This document shows, piece after piece, positions 46,374 through 59,990 of a stretch of 64,000 bases of DNA. The first letter of the stretch is position 1. The number at the start of each line of letters is the position of its first letter. The translations under genes and the position numbers were made by a program. The notes below the pieces were generated by a model. The model ran no database searches. It was not told the origin of the DNA and saw only the letters and a list, made by a program, of their open reading frames with translations. This DNA is from Synechococcales cyanobacterium CRU_2_2 (GTDB taxonomy: Bacteria; Cyanobacteriota; Cyanobacteriia; PCC-9006; JAAUQQ01): the NCBI GenBank assembly GCA_012034805.1, contig JAAUOP010000001.1, positions 38,843-102,842 on the forward strand, read 5' to 3'.

Positions 46374-46718
46374 ATGGATGAGTTCTATGCGCTGAGGCAG
46401 GAACTCCTGCTGAGTACGCTTGTAGTTTCCGGGATTGTTTTCTTTTCTGTCTGGTGGTTTTACGCCCTAGATGTGGCCATCAGCTATTTGCTGGGAAGCA
46501 CGGTGGGTATGGTTTACATTAGGATGCTTGCTAGAGACGTCGAGCGGCTTGGGTCTGAGAATAATAAATTAGGCAAAAATCGCTTGGCGCTGTTTGTGAT
46601 CTTAATCGTTGTGGCTGCACGTTGGAATCAACTCCAGATGTTGCCCGCATTTTTCGGTTTTTTGACCTTCAAGATGGCGATCATCATCTACACGCTCCGA
46701 ATTACGTTTCCGCGCTAG
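46374..46718 (+). CDS. atp1: ATP synthase protein I (atp1)
   Basis: Small 4-TM-like hydrophobic protein directly upstream of the a-subunit gene; ATG 46374 (MDEFYALRQ) preferred to the GTG at 46293. Confidence 0.7.
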   Translation: MDEFYALRQELLLSTLVVSGIVFFSVWWFYALDVAISYLLGSTVGMVYIRMLARDVERLGSENNKLGKNRLALFVILIVVAARWNQLQMLPAFFGFLTFKMAIIIYTLRITFPR

Positions 46719-46775
46719 ATAGCGTGCGGATCAAGTCTTAGTCTACGTTTTCATGTCTTCATTGCCGCAGCGCAA

Positions 46776-47962
<1,187 letters not shown>

Positions 47963-48202
47963 ACTTGCCTTGGAATAGGCTGTGGTGTGTGGACATGCAA
48001 ATCTGTATTTCTGCGCACCGCTGGCTGATGTTTTCCGTGGCTTGTCGTTCGTAGATGGAAAGTTTGGTCAATAAGGTTTGGTCAATTTGGTCAAAGCTCA
48101 ATCTGGTCAAAGCTATGTGTGCGAGCCAACGCCTAAGTTCGCTTCGACTTCAGCGAGTTTGGTTTGATTGCATGGTTTTGCCCGTTATCAAGGAGGCCTT
48201 GA

Positions 48203-48628
48203 ATGTTTGATTTTGATGCCACGCTTCCTTTGATGGCGATTCAATTTTTGCTGCTGGTTGTCGTTTTAGACAAGGTTTTTTACAAGCCTTTTGGTAAGAC
48301 CCTTGACGATCGCAGCGAATATGTTCGCTCCAAGCGTCTCGGTTCCCAAGAGCGCCTAGATCAGTCTAAGAAAATGGCAGAGCAGTACGAAGCCGAACTC
48401 GCCGAAACACGAAAGCGAGCGCAGAGCATTGTTGCAACTGCTCAGTCTGAAGCTCAAAAACTGGCATCGGCTCAAATGGCCGAGGCTCAGCAGGAGGCCC
48501 AAGGACAGCGAGAAGCAGTTCAAGGGGAGATTGACCAGCAGAAGCGTTCTGCCATGGCTACATTAGATGGTCAGGTCGATCAGCTCAGCAACCAGATTCT
48601 TGAGAAGCTGTTGAGCACTGCTCGCTAG
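48203..48628 (+). CDS. atpG: ATP synthase F0 subunit b'
   Basis: [30 protein letters not shown]... TM helix plus a long charged coiled coil. Confidence 0.85.
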   Translation: MFDFDATLPLMAIQFLLLVVVLDKVFYKPFGKTLDDRSEYVRSKRLGSQERLDQSKKMAEQYEAELAETRKRAQSIVATAQSEAQKLASAQMAEAQQEAQGQREAVQGEIDQQKRSAMATLDGQVDQLSNQILEKLLSTAR

Positions 48629-48703
48629 TTGCTAGTGCAGTGCCTGTGAGATAGGCGTTGGGATAAGCGATCTTAAAAGTGCGCAGATTTTTGGAACATC
48701 ATC

Positions 48704-49234
48704 ATGGGAACGTTAATTTTGCTAGCGGCGGAAGCTAGTAAGGGCGAGGGCGGTATTGCTTTCAACTTCAACATTTTAGAAACCAACATCATCAATCTGG
48801 CTATCGTGATTGGTGTTGTTTACTATGCGCTTTCGAATTTTCTGTCCAGCGCTTTGTCCGAGCGGCGGACTGGGATCGAAGCGGAGATTAAGGAGGTTGA
48901 AGATCGACTGGCAAAAGCCGAAGCTTCTCTCGTCGAACAACGGAAGAATGTTTCGGATGCTCAGGCGGAAGCCGATCGCATTCTTGCAGAGGCCAGCGCG
49001 CGGGCTGCCAGCGCTCGGGAGTCGATTCTGACCCAGGCGAAGCAAGATATCGAGCGGATGAAGGCTGCTGCGTCTCAAGACCTGACGGCTGAGCAAGAAC
49101 GAGCCGTTTCTGAGTTGCGTCAGCGGGTTGTCAATCAGGCTTTGGATAAGGTTCGCGAGCAGCTTCCCAATCGCTTAGACGAAGCGTCCCAGAAGCAGCT
49201 TATTGATCGCTCGATCGCGGTTTTAGGAGGATAG
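48704..49234 (+). CDS. atpF: ATP synthase F0 subunit b
   Basis: NIINLAIVIGVVYYALSNFLSSALSERRTGIEAEIKEVEDRL... Confidence 0.85.
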   Translation: MGTLILLAAEASKGEGGIAFNFNILETNIINLAIVIGVVYYALSNFLSSALSERRTGIEAEIKEVEDRLAKAEASLVEQRKNVSDAQAEADRILAEASARAASARESILTQAKQDIERMKAAASQDLTAEQERAVSELRQRVVNQALDKVREQLPNRLDEASQKQLIDRSIAVLGG

Positions 49235-49236
49235 AG

Positions 49237-49791
49237 ATGAAGGGAAGTGCGGCGATGGCAAAGGTGATTGAGCCCTATACGGAGGCGCTCATGTCTTTGG
49301 CTCAGTCTCAGAATTTGGTTGATCGACTGGGTGAGGATGCTGCGGCTGTCCTGTCTGTGATCACTGAATCTGAGCAGTTGTCTACGGTTCTGAACAGCCC
49401 CGTGTATGAAGGCGGACAGAAGAAGGCAATTCTAAAGCAGATTTTCGAGAATCAGGTTGATCATCATTTTCTCAATTTCCTCTTGCTGCTGGTCGATCGC
49501 CAGCGCATTGCTTTCCTTCCTGGAATCTGCCAGCGCTACCGTGAGTTGCTGCGGGATTTGAATCAAGTTTCTCTGGCGGAGGTTACGTCAGCGGTTGAGT
49601 TGACGGAAGAGCAACGCCAGGCGGTCTGCGATCGCGTCAAGTCCATGACCGGCGCTCAGTCGGTTGAAATTGAGTCTCGCGTTGATCCAGATTTGATTGG
49701 TGGTGTGATCATTCAAGTTGGCTCTCAGGTTGTGGACGCCAGTTTGCGAGGCCAACTGCGGCGCATTAGCCTGAATTTGAGCCGTCCTTAG
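49237..49791 (+). CDS. atpD: ATP synthase F1 delta subunit
   Basis: AGGAGG RBS; MKGSAAMAKVIEPYTEALMSLAQSQNLVD... OSCP/delta family. Confidence 0.85.
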   Translation: MKGSAAMAKVIEPYTEALMSLAQSQNLVDRLGEDAAAVLSVITESEQLSTVLNSPVYEGGQKKAILKQIFENQVDHHFLNFLLLLVDRQRIAFLPGICQRYRELLRDLNQVSLAEVTSAVELTEEQRQAVCDRVKSMTGAQSVEIESRVDPDLIGGVIIQVGSQVVDASLRGQLRRISLNLSRP

Positions 49792-49923
49792 CAAATCCCA
49801 TTATTGGCTTTCATGCGTCGATGCTGTTGACTCGTCGATGCGCTCGCCCCGATGGTTGATTGTTTGAGCATTCGATTCAGTATCTGAAAGTTTCGTTTGA
49901 TGGGCGCTTGCCCAACCCCGTAA

Positions 49924-51459
<1,536 letters not shown>

Positions 51460-51467
51460 GCCTGCCC

Positions 51468-51508
51468 GTCGGGGTGAACGCGGTTTACCCCGACGGAACG
51501 TTTCGATC
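51468..51508 (+). terminator. Stem-loop between atpA and atpC (possible attenuator or partial terminator)
   Basis: CCGTCGGGGT-gaacgcggttt-ACCCCGACGG, 10-bp stem; weak U-tract. Confidence 0.35.
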
Positions 51509-51565
51509 GCGACCCTATCCATTGCGAACGCTTCCACTCCACACCTTTGAATCGGTCAAGCCGTC

Positions 51566-52519
51566 ATGCCTAACCTCAAGTCCATTCGTGACCGGATTAA
51601 GTCGGTCAAAAACACCCGAAAAATTACCGAAGCGATGCGCTTGGTGGCGGCGGCTAAGGTTCGTCGTGCCCAAGCTCAGGTGCTGAATACCCGACCTTTT
51701 GCCGATCGTTTGGCCCAGGTGCTGAGTGGTTTGCAAACTCGCCTCAAGTTTGAGGATGTGGATTTGCCGCTGATGAAACAGCGCGAGGTCAAGACGGTGG
51801 CTTTGCTGGTGGTGTCGGGCGATCGCGGTCTCTGCGGTGCCTACAATACCAACGTTATCCGCCGGGCCGAAAACCGTGCAAAGGAACTGACCGAAGCCGG
51901 CGTTAAGTACCGGTTTGTGCTGGTGGGTCGGAAGGCAGTGCAGTATTTTAAGCGCCGCGATCAACCGATTGAAGCGCAGTTCATCGGCCTAGAACAAGTT
52001 CCCACCGCCGACGAAGCGGCCAAGGTTGCGGACACGCTGTTGTCGATTTTCCTGTCTGAGGAAGTCGATCGCGTAGAGTTGGTTTACACCAAGTTTGTTT
52101 CGTTGGTGGCCTCTCGTCCCGTCGTGCAAACGTTGCTACCGCTCGATCGCCAAGGTCTAGAGGCCCAAGATGACGAGATCTTCCGCCTGACCACACGCGG
52201 GGGTGACTTTGCTGTAGAACGTCTTAAGGCCGATTCTACCCAGGCGAAGGAACTGCCCAGCGACATGATCTTCGAGCAAGATCCGGCGCAAATTCTCAAT
52301 GCATTGCTGCCGCTCTATCTCAACAACCAGCTGCTACGGGCCCTCCAAGAGTCGGCAGCTAGCGAGCTCGCCGCACGGATGACCGCCATGAACAACGCCA
52401 GCGATAACGCCAACGAGCTCGTCGGCAGTTTAACCTTGGTTTACAACAAAGCACGTCAGGCTGCGATTACCCAAGAGCTACTTGAGGTGGTCGGGGGCGC
52501 CGAGGCCCTCGCGGGCTAG
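51566..52519 (+). CDS. atpC: ATP synthase F1 gamma subunit
   Basis: [36 protein letters not shown]... Confidence 0.9.
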   Translation: MPNLKSIRDRIKSVKNTRKITEAMRLVAAAKVRRAQAQVLNTRPFADRLAQVLSGLQTRLKFEDVDLPLMKQREVKTVALLVVSGDRGLCGAYNTNVIRRAENRAKELTEAGVKYRFVLVGRKAVQYFKRRDQPIEAQFIGLEQVPTADEAAKVADTLLSIFLSEEVDRVELVYTKFVSLVASRPVVQTLLPLDRQGLEAQDDEIFRLTTRGGDFAVERLKADSTQAKELPSDMIFEQDPAQILNALLPLYLNNQLLRALQESAASELAARMTAMNNASDNANELVGSLTLVYNKARQAAITQELLEVVGGAEALAG

Positions 52520-52557
52520 ACTAGCCCAGCGGCTTGCCAAATGCTTAGGTATTGCTC

Positions 52558-52590
52558 GAAACCCGTTCAAGGAACGGGTTTCGTTTGTTT
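52558..52590 (+). terminator. Rho-independent terminator of the atp operon
   Basis: GAAACCCGTTC-aag-GAACGGGTTTC followed by GTTTGTTT. Confidence 0.65.
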
Positions 52591-52615
52591 AGGATTTGCT
52601 TTTGAGGAAATCACC

Positions 52616-52939
52616 ATGTCTAACCCTTACACCATCGAAGTTATCTACAACGGCGAGACCGAACGCTTCACCGCCACCTCAGACCAAACGATCTTAGCCG
52701 CCGCCGCGGAAGCCGGTCTGGAATTGCCGAGCTCCTGTTTATCGGGGGTTTGCACCACCTGTGCCGCCAAGATCATTGTGGGCGAAATTGATCAGCCCGA
52801 TGCCATGGGGGTGAGTAGTTCGCTCCAGGAGCAGGGTTTTGCGCTGTTGTGTGTGAGCCATGCGCGATCGGATCTCAAAATTGAAGCGGGTCAAGAGGAT
52901 CAACTCTACGAACTACAGTTTGGCCAGTTCCAGAACTAA
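52616..52939 (+). CDS. Plant-type [2Fe-2S] ferredoxin (107 aa)
   Basis: MSNPYTIEVIYNGE...LPSSCLSGVCTTCAAKI...LLCVS (Cys ligand pattern CxxxxCxxC...C). Confidence 0.85.
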   Translation: MSNPYTIEVIYNGETERFTATSDQTILAAAAEAGLELPSSCLSGVCTTCAAKIIVGEIDQPDAMGVSSSLQEQGFALLCVSHARSDLKIEAGQEDQLYELQFGQFQN

Positions 52940-52943
52940 AACC

Positions 52944-53240
52944 ATGGACACTCAGTTCATTACCCTGACACTGGCGCTGCAACCGACATCTTGGGAAACG
53001 CGCCAGCAGGTGGAAGCCGCGATCGCCCCCCACGGCACCCCGCTACGCTGGGCGATCACCCGAATAGATCGCGATCGCCAAACCTTCCAAATCGAGGCGA
53101 TCGTCCTAACCTCTCCGTACCGCCATCTCCCTTGCTCAGCAACGGGGGTACATGCCCTCAACCCCTTGGCCCTGAATACCCCCTGGGCGATCGCGCTCAA
53201 TCAAAGCGATAGTCAGAACAACAAACCGCATAGAGTCTGA
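52944..53240 (+). CDS. Hypothetical protein (98 aa)
   Basis: ORF with ATG 52944; moderate coding look; no family recognised. Confidence 0.35.
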   Translation: MDTQFITLTLALQPTSWETRQQVEAAIAPHGTPLRWAITRIDRDRQTFQIEAIVLTSPYRHLPCSATGVHALNPLALNTPWAIALNQSDSQNNKPHRV

Positions 53241-53287
53241 CTTTCGGACCCCAGCGCCTCACCCACAGACCAAGGAGCCCCACCCCC

Positions 53288-53782
53288 ATGGAACTGGATC
53301 AGCAAGACCCAAAACAGCTCAGGCAAGAGCCATTGCCCAATCTGTTGCCAGAAGTCGATCACCTGACTGAACAGGAAGTGCAGACCGCCATGGCCGCCAT
53401 TTCGCAAATCATTCCGGTTCTCGATTTGTATGACTGCCTCAAGATTGTACAGTGGGCCACCGAGCGCGCTGCCACCGCCCAGATTGCGGCAGCGGCTCAG
53501 ATGACCACGACCCTGCCTTCCCGTCAGCCCTCCCTCGCCCTGGTTGAGTACCCCGTCAAGTCTCAAAACGTCGAGTCCCAGATTAACTCCTTGGCGGATG
53601 AGCTGGAGGATGACGAGGCACTACCGCTTAATCTAGACCTGAGTTTCCTCGATCTGGACTCGGATCGCTGGGATCTGAGCATCGCGCCACCCATGCTGGA
53701 GGACTTGAACGAGGCTCATTTTTCGGTTCCCACGTTGACCCTGGTGGGTGAGCCCCCCGAAGACCTGCCCTTGGCGATGTAG
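53288..53782 (+). CDS. Hypothetical acidic protein (164 aa)
   Basis: ORF followed by a strong terminator; Asp/Glu/Leu-rich. Confidence 0.45.
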   Translation: MELDQQDPKQLRQEPLPNLLPEVDHLTEQEVQTAMAAISQIIPVLDLYDCLKIVQWATERAATAQIAAAAQMTTTLPSRQPSLALVEYPVKSQNVESQINSLADELEDDEALPLNLDLSFLDLDSDRWDLSIAPPMLEDLNEAHFSVPTLTLVGEPPEDLPLAM

Positions 53783-53821
53783 ACCATGCTCCTTTTTCCC
53801 TAATTTTCAGTGTTTCAGATT

Positions 53822-53855
53822 AAAACGCGCCCCTTCGGTGGGCGCGTTTCTTTTT
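53822..53855 (+). terminator. Rho-independent terminator
   Basis: AAACGCGCC-ccttcggtg-GGCGCGTTT then CTTTTT. Confidence 0.65.
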
Positions 53856-53981
53856 GACGAGATACCCACGCTGCGGCAGCGATGCAACAAAAAATAGTCA
53901 TAATTTTGCCTTTCTGGGAGAGCCTGTCCATAATCAAGTATTCACCCGCTTGGTTTGAGTCTCAATTCTGCCTCCTTTCCC

Positions 53982-55352
53982 ATGCAAAACGGTTCTGCCA
54001 AAACGACCTCTCCCGACGGTTCTGAGGGCCATAACCCAGACCTCGATAGCCCAGATACTTACAGCCCAGACGCTTACAGCCCAGACGCTTACAATGCCGA
54101 CGGCTTTGGCCATGCTTGGGCCGACATCAGCGACATTCGCCACGCCAAAACCTTTGGCTATCAAGGGGGAATGATCCTGTCTCCAGAATCGATGCTAGAC
54201 GAAATGCCGTTTCAGTCCCAGACCAAACTCGACCGGCCCAAGCTCACGCCGCTGGTGCTGATTGCGATCGCCCTCACCCTTGCAGGCATGCTCCTGCGGC
54301 TGCCCTGGCTGGGGTGGACGGGGGCTGGCATGACACTGCTCCTGTCAGTGCGGCTGGTTTGGCCCGAGCTGCGCGAGATCATCCAGGAGCTGCTGTTGGA
54401 TACCTGGGCTGCGCCTTGGGTTGCATCCCTGGGTGTGGGTGTGGCGATCGCGGCCTTGGTTCAATTCAGCGGCTTTGGCCAGGGCACCCTGCAGTTTTTT
54501 CGGGTGGTCAACTGGGACGCCGTGGGAGCCCTGGCCGAAACCCTAGGAGCCGTGGGCCAAATTTCGATCGCAGTGCTGGCGGTGTACATCGCTTGGCGAC
54601 AGTATGTCATTTCCAAGGCCCTAACCGAGCAGCAAAACCGGCTGACCATCCAGCAAAACATGATCACCCAGCAGCAAACCATCGATGCCTACTTTCAGGG
54701 CGTTTCAGATTTGGTGCTCGATGATGAAGGGCTCCTCGAAGACTGGCCCCAGGAGCGGGCGATCGCCGAAGGCCGCACCGCCGCCATCCTCAGCAGCGTC
54801 AATGCCGATGGCAAAGCCAAGGTAATTCGCTTTTTGGCGCGCTCTAAACTGCTGACTCCCCTCAAACGCGATGGCCACCTAGGCCGAGCCATTCTAGATG
54901 GGCGGGGCGGTTACGAAGAAGACCGACTCCATGGCGTCCGGGTGATTGATCTGGGCGTGATGTTGGCCAAGGCAAATTTGTGCAACACCGATCTACGCTG
55001 GACTGACCTCAGCGAGTCGAATCTGATCTACGCTGACCTGCGAAACGCCGATTTGGTCAAATCCAACCTGTCGCGCAGCATCTTGTTCGGAGCTAACCTA
55101 CGCGGTGCAGACGTTATGGGTGTGCGCTTTCATTACGGCCCCACGGATACCGCCTCCCCCCGCAGCCGCACAGAGCCACCCAACTACATTACGGGCGAGT
55201 ACACCGGAGCGGTGGTTGAAGAGATTGATTTCACGGGCGTGCAACGGATGTCCGAAGAGCAGCGACAATATTGTTGTGCCTGGTGTGGCGAAAAGTCGCG
55301 CGGTACCATCTCCGGTGGCTGCGGTGAGATTAAAAACCAACTGGGGCGCTAG
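53982..55352 (+). CDS. Pentapeptide-repeat protein with N-terminal membrane domain
   Basis: Three TM helices (LVLIAIALTLAGMLL...), then NLCNTDLRWTDLSESNLIYADLRNADLVKSNLSRSILFGANLRGADV pentapeptide repeats; in-CDS 15-bp x3 repeat (SPDAY). Confidence 0.75.
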   Translation: MQNGSAKTTSPDGSEGHNPDLDSPDTYSPDAYSPDAYNADGFGHAWADISDIRHAKTFGYQGGMILSPESMLDEMPFQSQTKLDRPKLTPLVLIAIALTLAGMLLRLPWLGWTGAGMTLLLSVRLVWPELREIIQELLLDTWAAPWVASLGVGVAIAALVQFSGFGQGTLQFFRVVNWDAVGALAETLGAVGQISIAVLAVYIAWRQYVISKALTEQQNRLTIQQNMITQQQTIDAYFQGVSDLVLDDEGLLEDWPQERAIAEGRTAAILSSVNADGKAKVIRFLARSKLLTPLKRDGHLGRAILDGRGGYEEDRLHGVRVIDLGVMLAKANLCNTDLRWTDLSESNLIYADLRNADLVKSNLSRSILFGANLRGADVMGVRFHYGPTDTASPRSRTEPPNYITGEYTGAVVEEIDFTGVQRMSEEQRQYCCAWCGEKSRGTISGGCGEIKNQLGR

Positions 55353-55396
55353 AAGCACCGGAATCGATTAGCATACAAAAGGTTCACCGATTCCTG

Positions 55397-55440
55397 TCTT
55401 GAACCCTGACCATCTTGAACCCTGACCATCTTGAACCATT
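55397..55440. repeat. Tandem repeat, 16 bp x about 2.7
   Basis: tcttgaaccctgacca x2 plus a partial copy. Confidence 0.7.
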
Positions 55441-55467
55441 CCAGTCTGCTTGAGAGCGCTACTAACC

Positions 55468-55653
55468 ATGTCATCTGAACAAGCCATTCGCGAAAAAGTT
55501 GCTCTGATTAAGGACAAGCGCGAGGTTCTTGTCCAACTTCTAGACCAGCCCAATCTGGGAACGTTGCGCATTGATGTCAACCAGGCCCTGGAGGAGGTGG
55601 ATGATTTGCTCGATGAGTTCGCCCAAACCTTTCCGGAGAGTACGGGCGGGTAA
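55468..55653 (+). CDS. Hypothetical small protein (61 aa)
   Basis: MSSEQAIREKVALIKDKREVLVQLL... helical, Asp/Glu-rich. Confidence 0.3.
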   Translation: MSSEQAIREKVALIKDKREVLVQLLDQPNLGTLRIDVNQALEEVDDLLDEFAQTFPESTGG

Positions 55654-55674
55654 CGGGATTGAATCTTGCTTGAG

Positions 55675-58667
55675 CTACCGTGTTGCCCGCACAATTCGCA
55701 GCCCCTCCCAAGCTTGCAAACGCCCCGCCAAACGCTCATCCTTGAGCGCCAAAAACACATAGAACCGCAGCACATCTTCGGAATAGCCGAAGTATTGCTG
55801 CCGCCAGCGCTGGCAATCCTCTGGGATAATCGCATTGAGTTTGACTACTGGCCGTTTCTTGGCCAAGATTTTGTAGAACTCTGCCATTCTGCGCCAGAAC
55901 GCGCAGACCATGAGCACCTGGGGAGACGGTAGCAAGGGCTTCTTGTCATTAAGTTGATTTCGCAACTTAGGATTTCGATTGAGCGCGGCGATCGCTTTAT
56001 TCTCCACCTCCGGCCCCCATTCATCTGCAAGCCGCAGAATCAGGTCACGGTCGCGACTGAGCTCCATTGCCTCCCGCCCGGTTAGGTCTAGGCCCTTGAG
56101 GTTGCGTAGGGCTAGGTCGCGATCGCGACTCCGCAGCGGATCCTCCAAAACATCCAGCGCCAGTGGCAAAACGTCGTCCACCAGATCATAAATTTGCAAA
56201 TTATTAAACGTCAGGGCATGCTTTAAAATCGGGTCAAAGATAAACCCCGTATCCCGTACAATTTGTTCGATCAGTTGGGCGGCCAGCGGAGAATGCCGCG
56301 CAGTCCGACCCGGCAGGCTAAATCGAGCCGCCTCTGAGCGCCCCTCTCCTTGGTCCGCTTCAGGCCCAAACTCCTCGGGGAAGCGAACCCCTGGTGGCTG
56401 CTCGACTCTCAATTCAGGAGGTAACCCCATCGATAGACCGATGGAATTGTCATACCAACTACTGAGCATCGCGATCGGCATCATCCGACTCGTCCCAGGA
56501 AGAGACGGATCAACGGGATGCTCGCGCAACTCCTTGGCCGAAGCCAGACGAATCTTGACCGGCCCAGAAAAAACCGTAACTCCTGCTTCCAGATATACTG
56601 AGCCCAAGCTGTTAACGCGCTGGGTGAGCCAATCGCAAAACGCCTGGGCATCGAAGGCCCGTAGACCCACCACTGCTGCCTTGGCACAACCATGGGGAAA
56701 GCGGCGATCGCCCCAATGATCCGGCTGACGAAATAAGCCCTCCGGTGCTGCCCGCTCGGCCATTTCGTCCAAAAACAATTGGTACTCAGCACAGGAGATA
56801 TAGCTCAGATCGATATCGGTTTTCTCATCTAGGCGCAACAGCCGCTTCAGCCGCCGATCGAGCTTCACCTCTGCAGCCAACTTAAAAATTTCCGGCTTTG
56901 ATGATTCGAGACCGGCTCCCAGACGACCCTCCAGATCATTGCGCACATCTTGGCTGACGCTTTGGGCCTCTTCCAGGCAGTCATAAGCCACCGACAACGA
57001 CTTGACCGTGTTTTTTCCAGGGCAGTCCAAATCAAATTGCTGGCATCATTCTGGGCCGCATACAGGCGAATGGTCTCCTCCCACCACGGATCGTCAATAT
57101 TGCGCGTCAGTTCGTACTCACGGTTGATCGCCTTAATCTGGACAGCCGCGAGGTACTCTTGCAGGCTCTTGTGAGCAAATTCGTAGACCTCTGGATGACG
57201 CTCAACCAACAGACCACTACTGCTTTCAACCTGCCGGATAAACTCCACCGCCGACAGTTCACCTTTCGTCACTTCCGCCAGTTGTTTCTCGATCAACACC
57301 TTGCCCGCAAACAAGCCAAAGGTGCGAGTGCGCCGCTTCATCAGCTTCAGGGCAAGGCTTTGGAGCACCTTTTTCTTTTGCTCAGCGGTCAGGAGATCGG
57401 GAATCCCCTTAATGTCTTGACGACGCCCTAGGAGCACATCACAAATTTCGCCGTACAGCTCCACCCGTTTGCCAGGAAGTGCGCCGCGATAGGCATGCAC
57501 CGTGGCAATCATCGTGAGCAACAGTGGATTGAGCGCCATCGCCGCAAGGGAGGCGTTCTTTTGAATGCGGCGCGTGAGGTCTTCGGCTTGGGTGTGGGCC
57601 GTTTGCTTCACGCCTGTATCGGCCTTCCCGAGGTGCCGGACAATTTCGGTTTGCAGATACCAACTGCGGATAAACTGCTGCATCTGCTCCAAATTAAAGG
57701 GCTTGATTTCGAGAGTCGTGGTTGCGCCTTCGAGCGGTGCATCGCGATAACCAAAGGGGCGAGAGGTAATGATGAAGGGACTTTCGCGGTGAAGTCGCAT
57801 TTGTTGGGTGACCCACTCGCTGACTTTGCGGCGCTGTTTGAGGTCAGAAACTTCGTCTAGGCCATCCACCATGATCAGACATTTTCCCTGGCTCAACTTG
57901 TCCTCAAACCAGTTCGCAGGGGCTGTAATGCCGTCAATTTTCAGCTGTTGATCAATCAACATTTGTAGGGACACGGGCTGATCGCCGGTGATTAAATCGC
58001 GCACCTCCCGCAAATAAATGAGCACCGGGATATAGCTGCTCAGGCCTCGATGGTGGCGCTTGTGGCTGCCCTTGGCAAAGACAAGGGCGACGTATTCGAG
58101 CAGCGTGGTTTTGCCCGAGCCAGGGGAGCCAAGGATCACGAGGCGATCGAACGCAGGTTGGGTTTTGAAGGCAGCCAGAAATTGCCAGATGCTCCAGCCG
58201 CCACCAGCATCGGGGCGATCGACTAACTGGGTGGACATTTGGCTGAGGCTCTCGGCCCGTAGGCGCAGCGGCACAAACAGTTTTTCGAGGTCGAGGGCAA
58301 AGGGGCCTCGGGTCTTGAGGCCTTGGGTGCGATAGTCGCGATAGCGATAGATCAAACAGGCATTGTACTGGGCGCGAAAGTTGCCGGAGACCACCCACCA
58401 GGCCCGTTGGCCAAAAATTTTGGCATGGTCAAAGAGCCAATCGGCGAGGGTCTCGGCTTCTTGATCAAAACGGGTGCCGAGGCGCTCCCACAAGCGTGCC
58501 CCAAACCGACGTCCCAAGGTGATAAAGGCGACTCCAACAGTAGTTAATCCCGAGGCCAGGGCCGGGGCCATTTGTCCCGCAATCAAAAAATGCAAGGTCA
58601 CGCCTGCGCCAGAGGCGGGGAGCCCCAGGTTGACAAGCGCGGTAACGGATTTTTTGAAGAGGTCCAT
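55675..58667 (-). CDS. Membrane-anchored NACHT-family STAND NTPase fused to a C-terminal FGE-sulfatase (SUMF1/EgtB-like) domain; frameshift near 57009-57018
   Basis: N-terminal TM segments; Walker A LVILGSPGSGKTTLL and Walker B CLIMVDGLDEV; ORF 56865..58667 continues in ORF 55675..57030 once a T is restored in a T6 run; C-terminal YISCAEYQLFLDE...GCAKAAVVGLRAFDAQAFCDWL matches the FGE-sulfatase fold. Confidence 0.7.
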
Positions 58668-58754
58668 GGGCAGCTACAAGCCAGAGCACAGGTTTATCGT
58701 GGAAATTGCCTAGTCTTAACCAAATCATGGCAAATGAAAACCAAAAATGGCTGC

Positions 58755-59990
58755 CTACCCCTGGAAAAACCGCTCAACACAGCGGGCAAAGATTTCGACA
58801 CCCATGCCTAGGGCCATTTCATCAAAGTCGAAGCGGGGATGGTGATGGGGAAATGACAGTCCTTTGTTCAAATTGGCAGAGCCGAGGAAAAAATAGCACC
58901 CCGGCACTGCCTGTAAAAAGAACGACATGTCCTCACCGCCCATGGTCTGGCAATCGGGTACGACGCCCGCTGGGGTTTCGAGCACCGTTTCGGCCACTGA
59001 TCGCACCAACGCTGTTATCCGGGTGTCGTTGATCACAGGGGGGTAGAGTTTCCAGTAGTTCAAGCTATAAGACGCGCCTTGCATCTCGCAGGTGCCCCGG
59101 ATGATCGATTCGATGCGATCGCGCAACAGCCCGTCATACTTCGGGCTAAAATACCGCACGGTTCCCGTTAGCGTTGCCTGGTTGGCAATCACATTGTGGG
59201 CGCTGCCTGCGTGGAACGACCCCACCGTGACCACGGCGGACTCAATCGGATCGACATTGCGCGCCACAATCGTCTGCAAGGCCGTGACAATCTGGGAGCC
59301 GACGACAATCGAATCCACCGTTTGGTGGGGCATCGCGCCGTGCCCGCCCTTGCCCTGCACTACGCACTCGAACAGCTCCACCGCCGCCATTAGGGCTCCG
59401 GTGCGGACGCCGACCGTACCCAGGGGCAAGTTATTCCACAGGTGTAAACCGATGATCGCATCGACATCTGGATCCTTGAGCACCCCGGCTTCGATCATTG
59501 GCTTGGCTCCGCCGGGGCCTTCTTCCGCAGGCTGAAAAATGATTTTGACGGTGCCGCCAAAATGGGGGTGTTGGCTGAGATAGTGGGCGAGGCCGAGGGC
59601 GATCGCTGTGTGGCCATCATGACCGCAGGCGTGCATTTTGCCGTCGTGGCGCGATCGATAGGCAACCTGATTTTGCTCCTGCACGGGCAGCGCATCCATA
59701 TCGGCGCGGATTCCAAGGACGGCGGGGTTCATTGGCCCCAGCCGGGGAGTCTTGCCCTCAATCAAGGCCACAATCCCGGTTTGGGCCACGCCGCTTTGGT
59801 GAGGAATGCCCCATTTAGTCAGTTTTTGGGTAATAAAATCGGCGGTCTGGGTCTCTTGGAAACCCAGTTCTGGGTACTGGTGCAAATGGCGTCGCCATTC
59901 GACAATATCGCCATGGATGGCCTGAATCGCGGGACGGATTCGGGAAGTCTGTAGAGAAAGGGGTGCCGAAACCATGCCTGAAAGCCCCAA
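58755..59990 (-). CDS. M20D-family amidohydrolase (N-acyl-amino-acid amidohydrolase / hippurate hydrolase-like)
   Basis: HACGHDGHTAIALG metal-binding motif, overall M20 dimerisation domain. Confidence 0.85.
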   Translation of the reverse strand: MGLSGMVSAPLSLQTSRIRPAIQAIHGDIVEWRRHLHQYPELGFQETQTADFITQKLTKWGIPHQSGVAQTGIVALIEGKTPRLGPMNPAVLGIRADMDALPVQEQNQVAYRSRHDGKMHACGHDGHTAIALGLAHYLSQHPHFGGTVKIIFQPAEEGPGGAKPMIEAGVLKDPDVDAIIGLHLWNNLPLGTVGVRTGALMAAVELFECVVQGKGGHGAMPHQTVDSIVVGSQIVTALQTIVARNVDPIESAVVTVGSFHAGSAHNVIANQATLTGTVRYFSPKYDGLLRDRIESIIRGTCEMQGASYSLNYWKLYPPVINDTRITALVRSVAETVLETPAGVVPDCQTMGGEDMSFFLQAVPGCYFFLGSANLNKGLSFPHHHPRFDFDEMALGMGVEIFARCVERFFQG

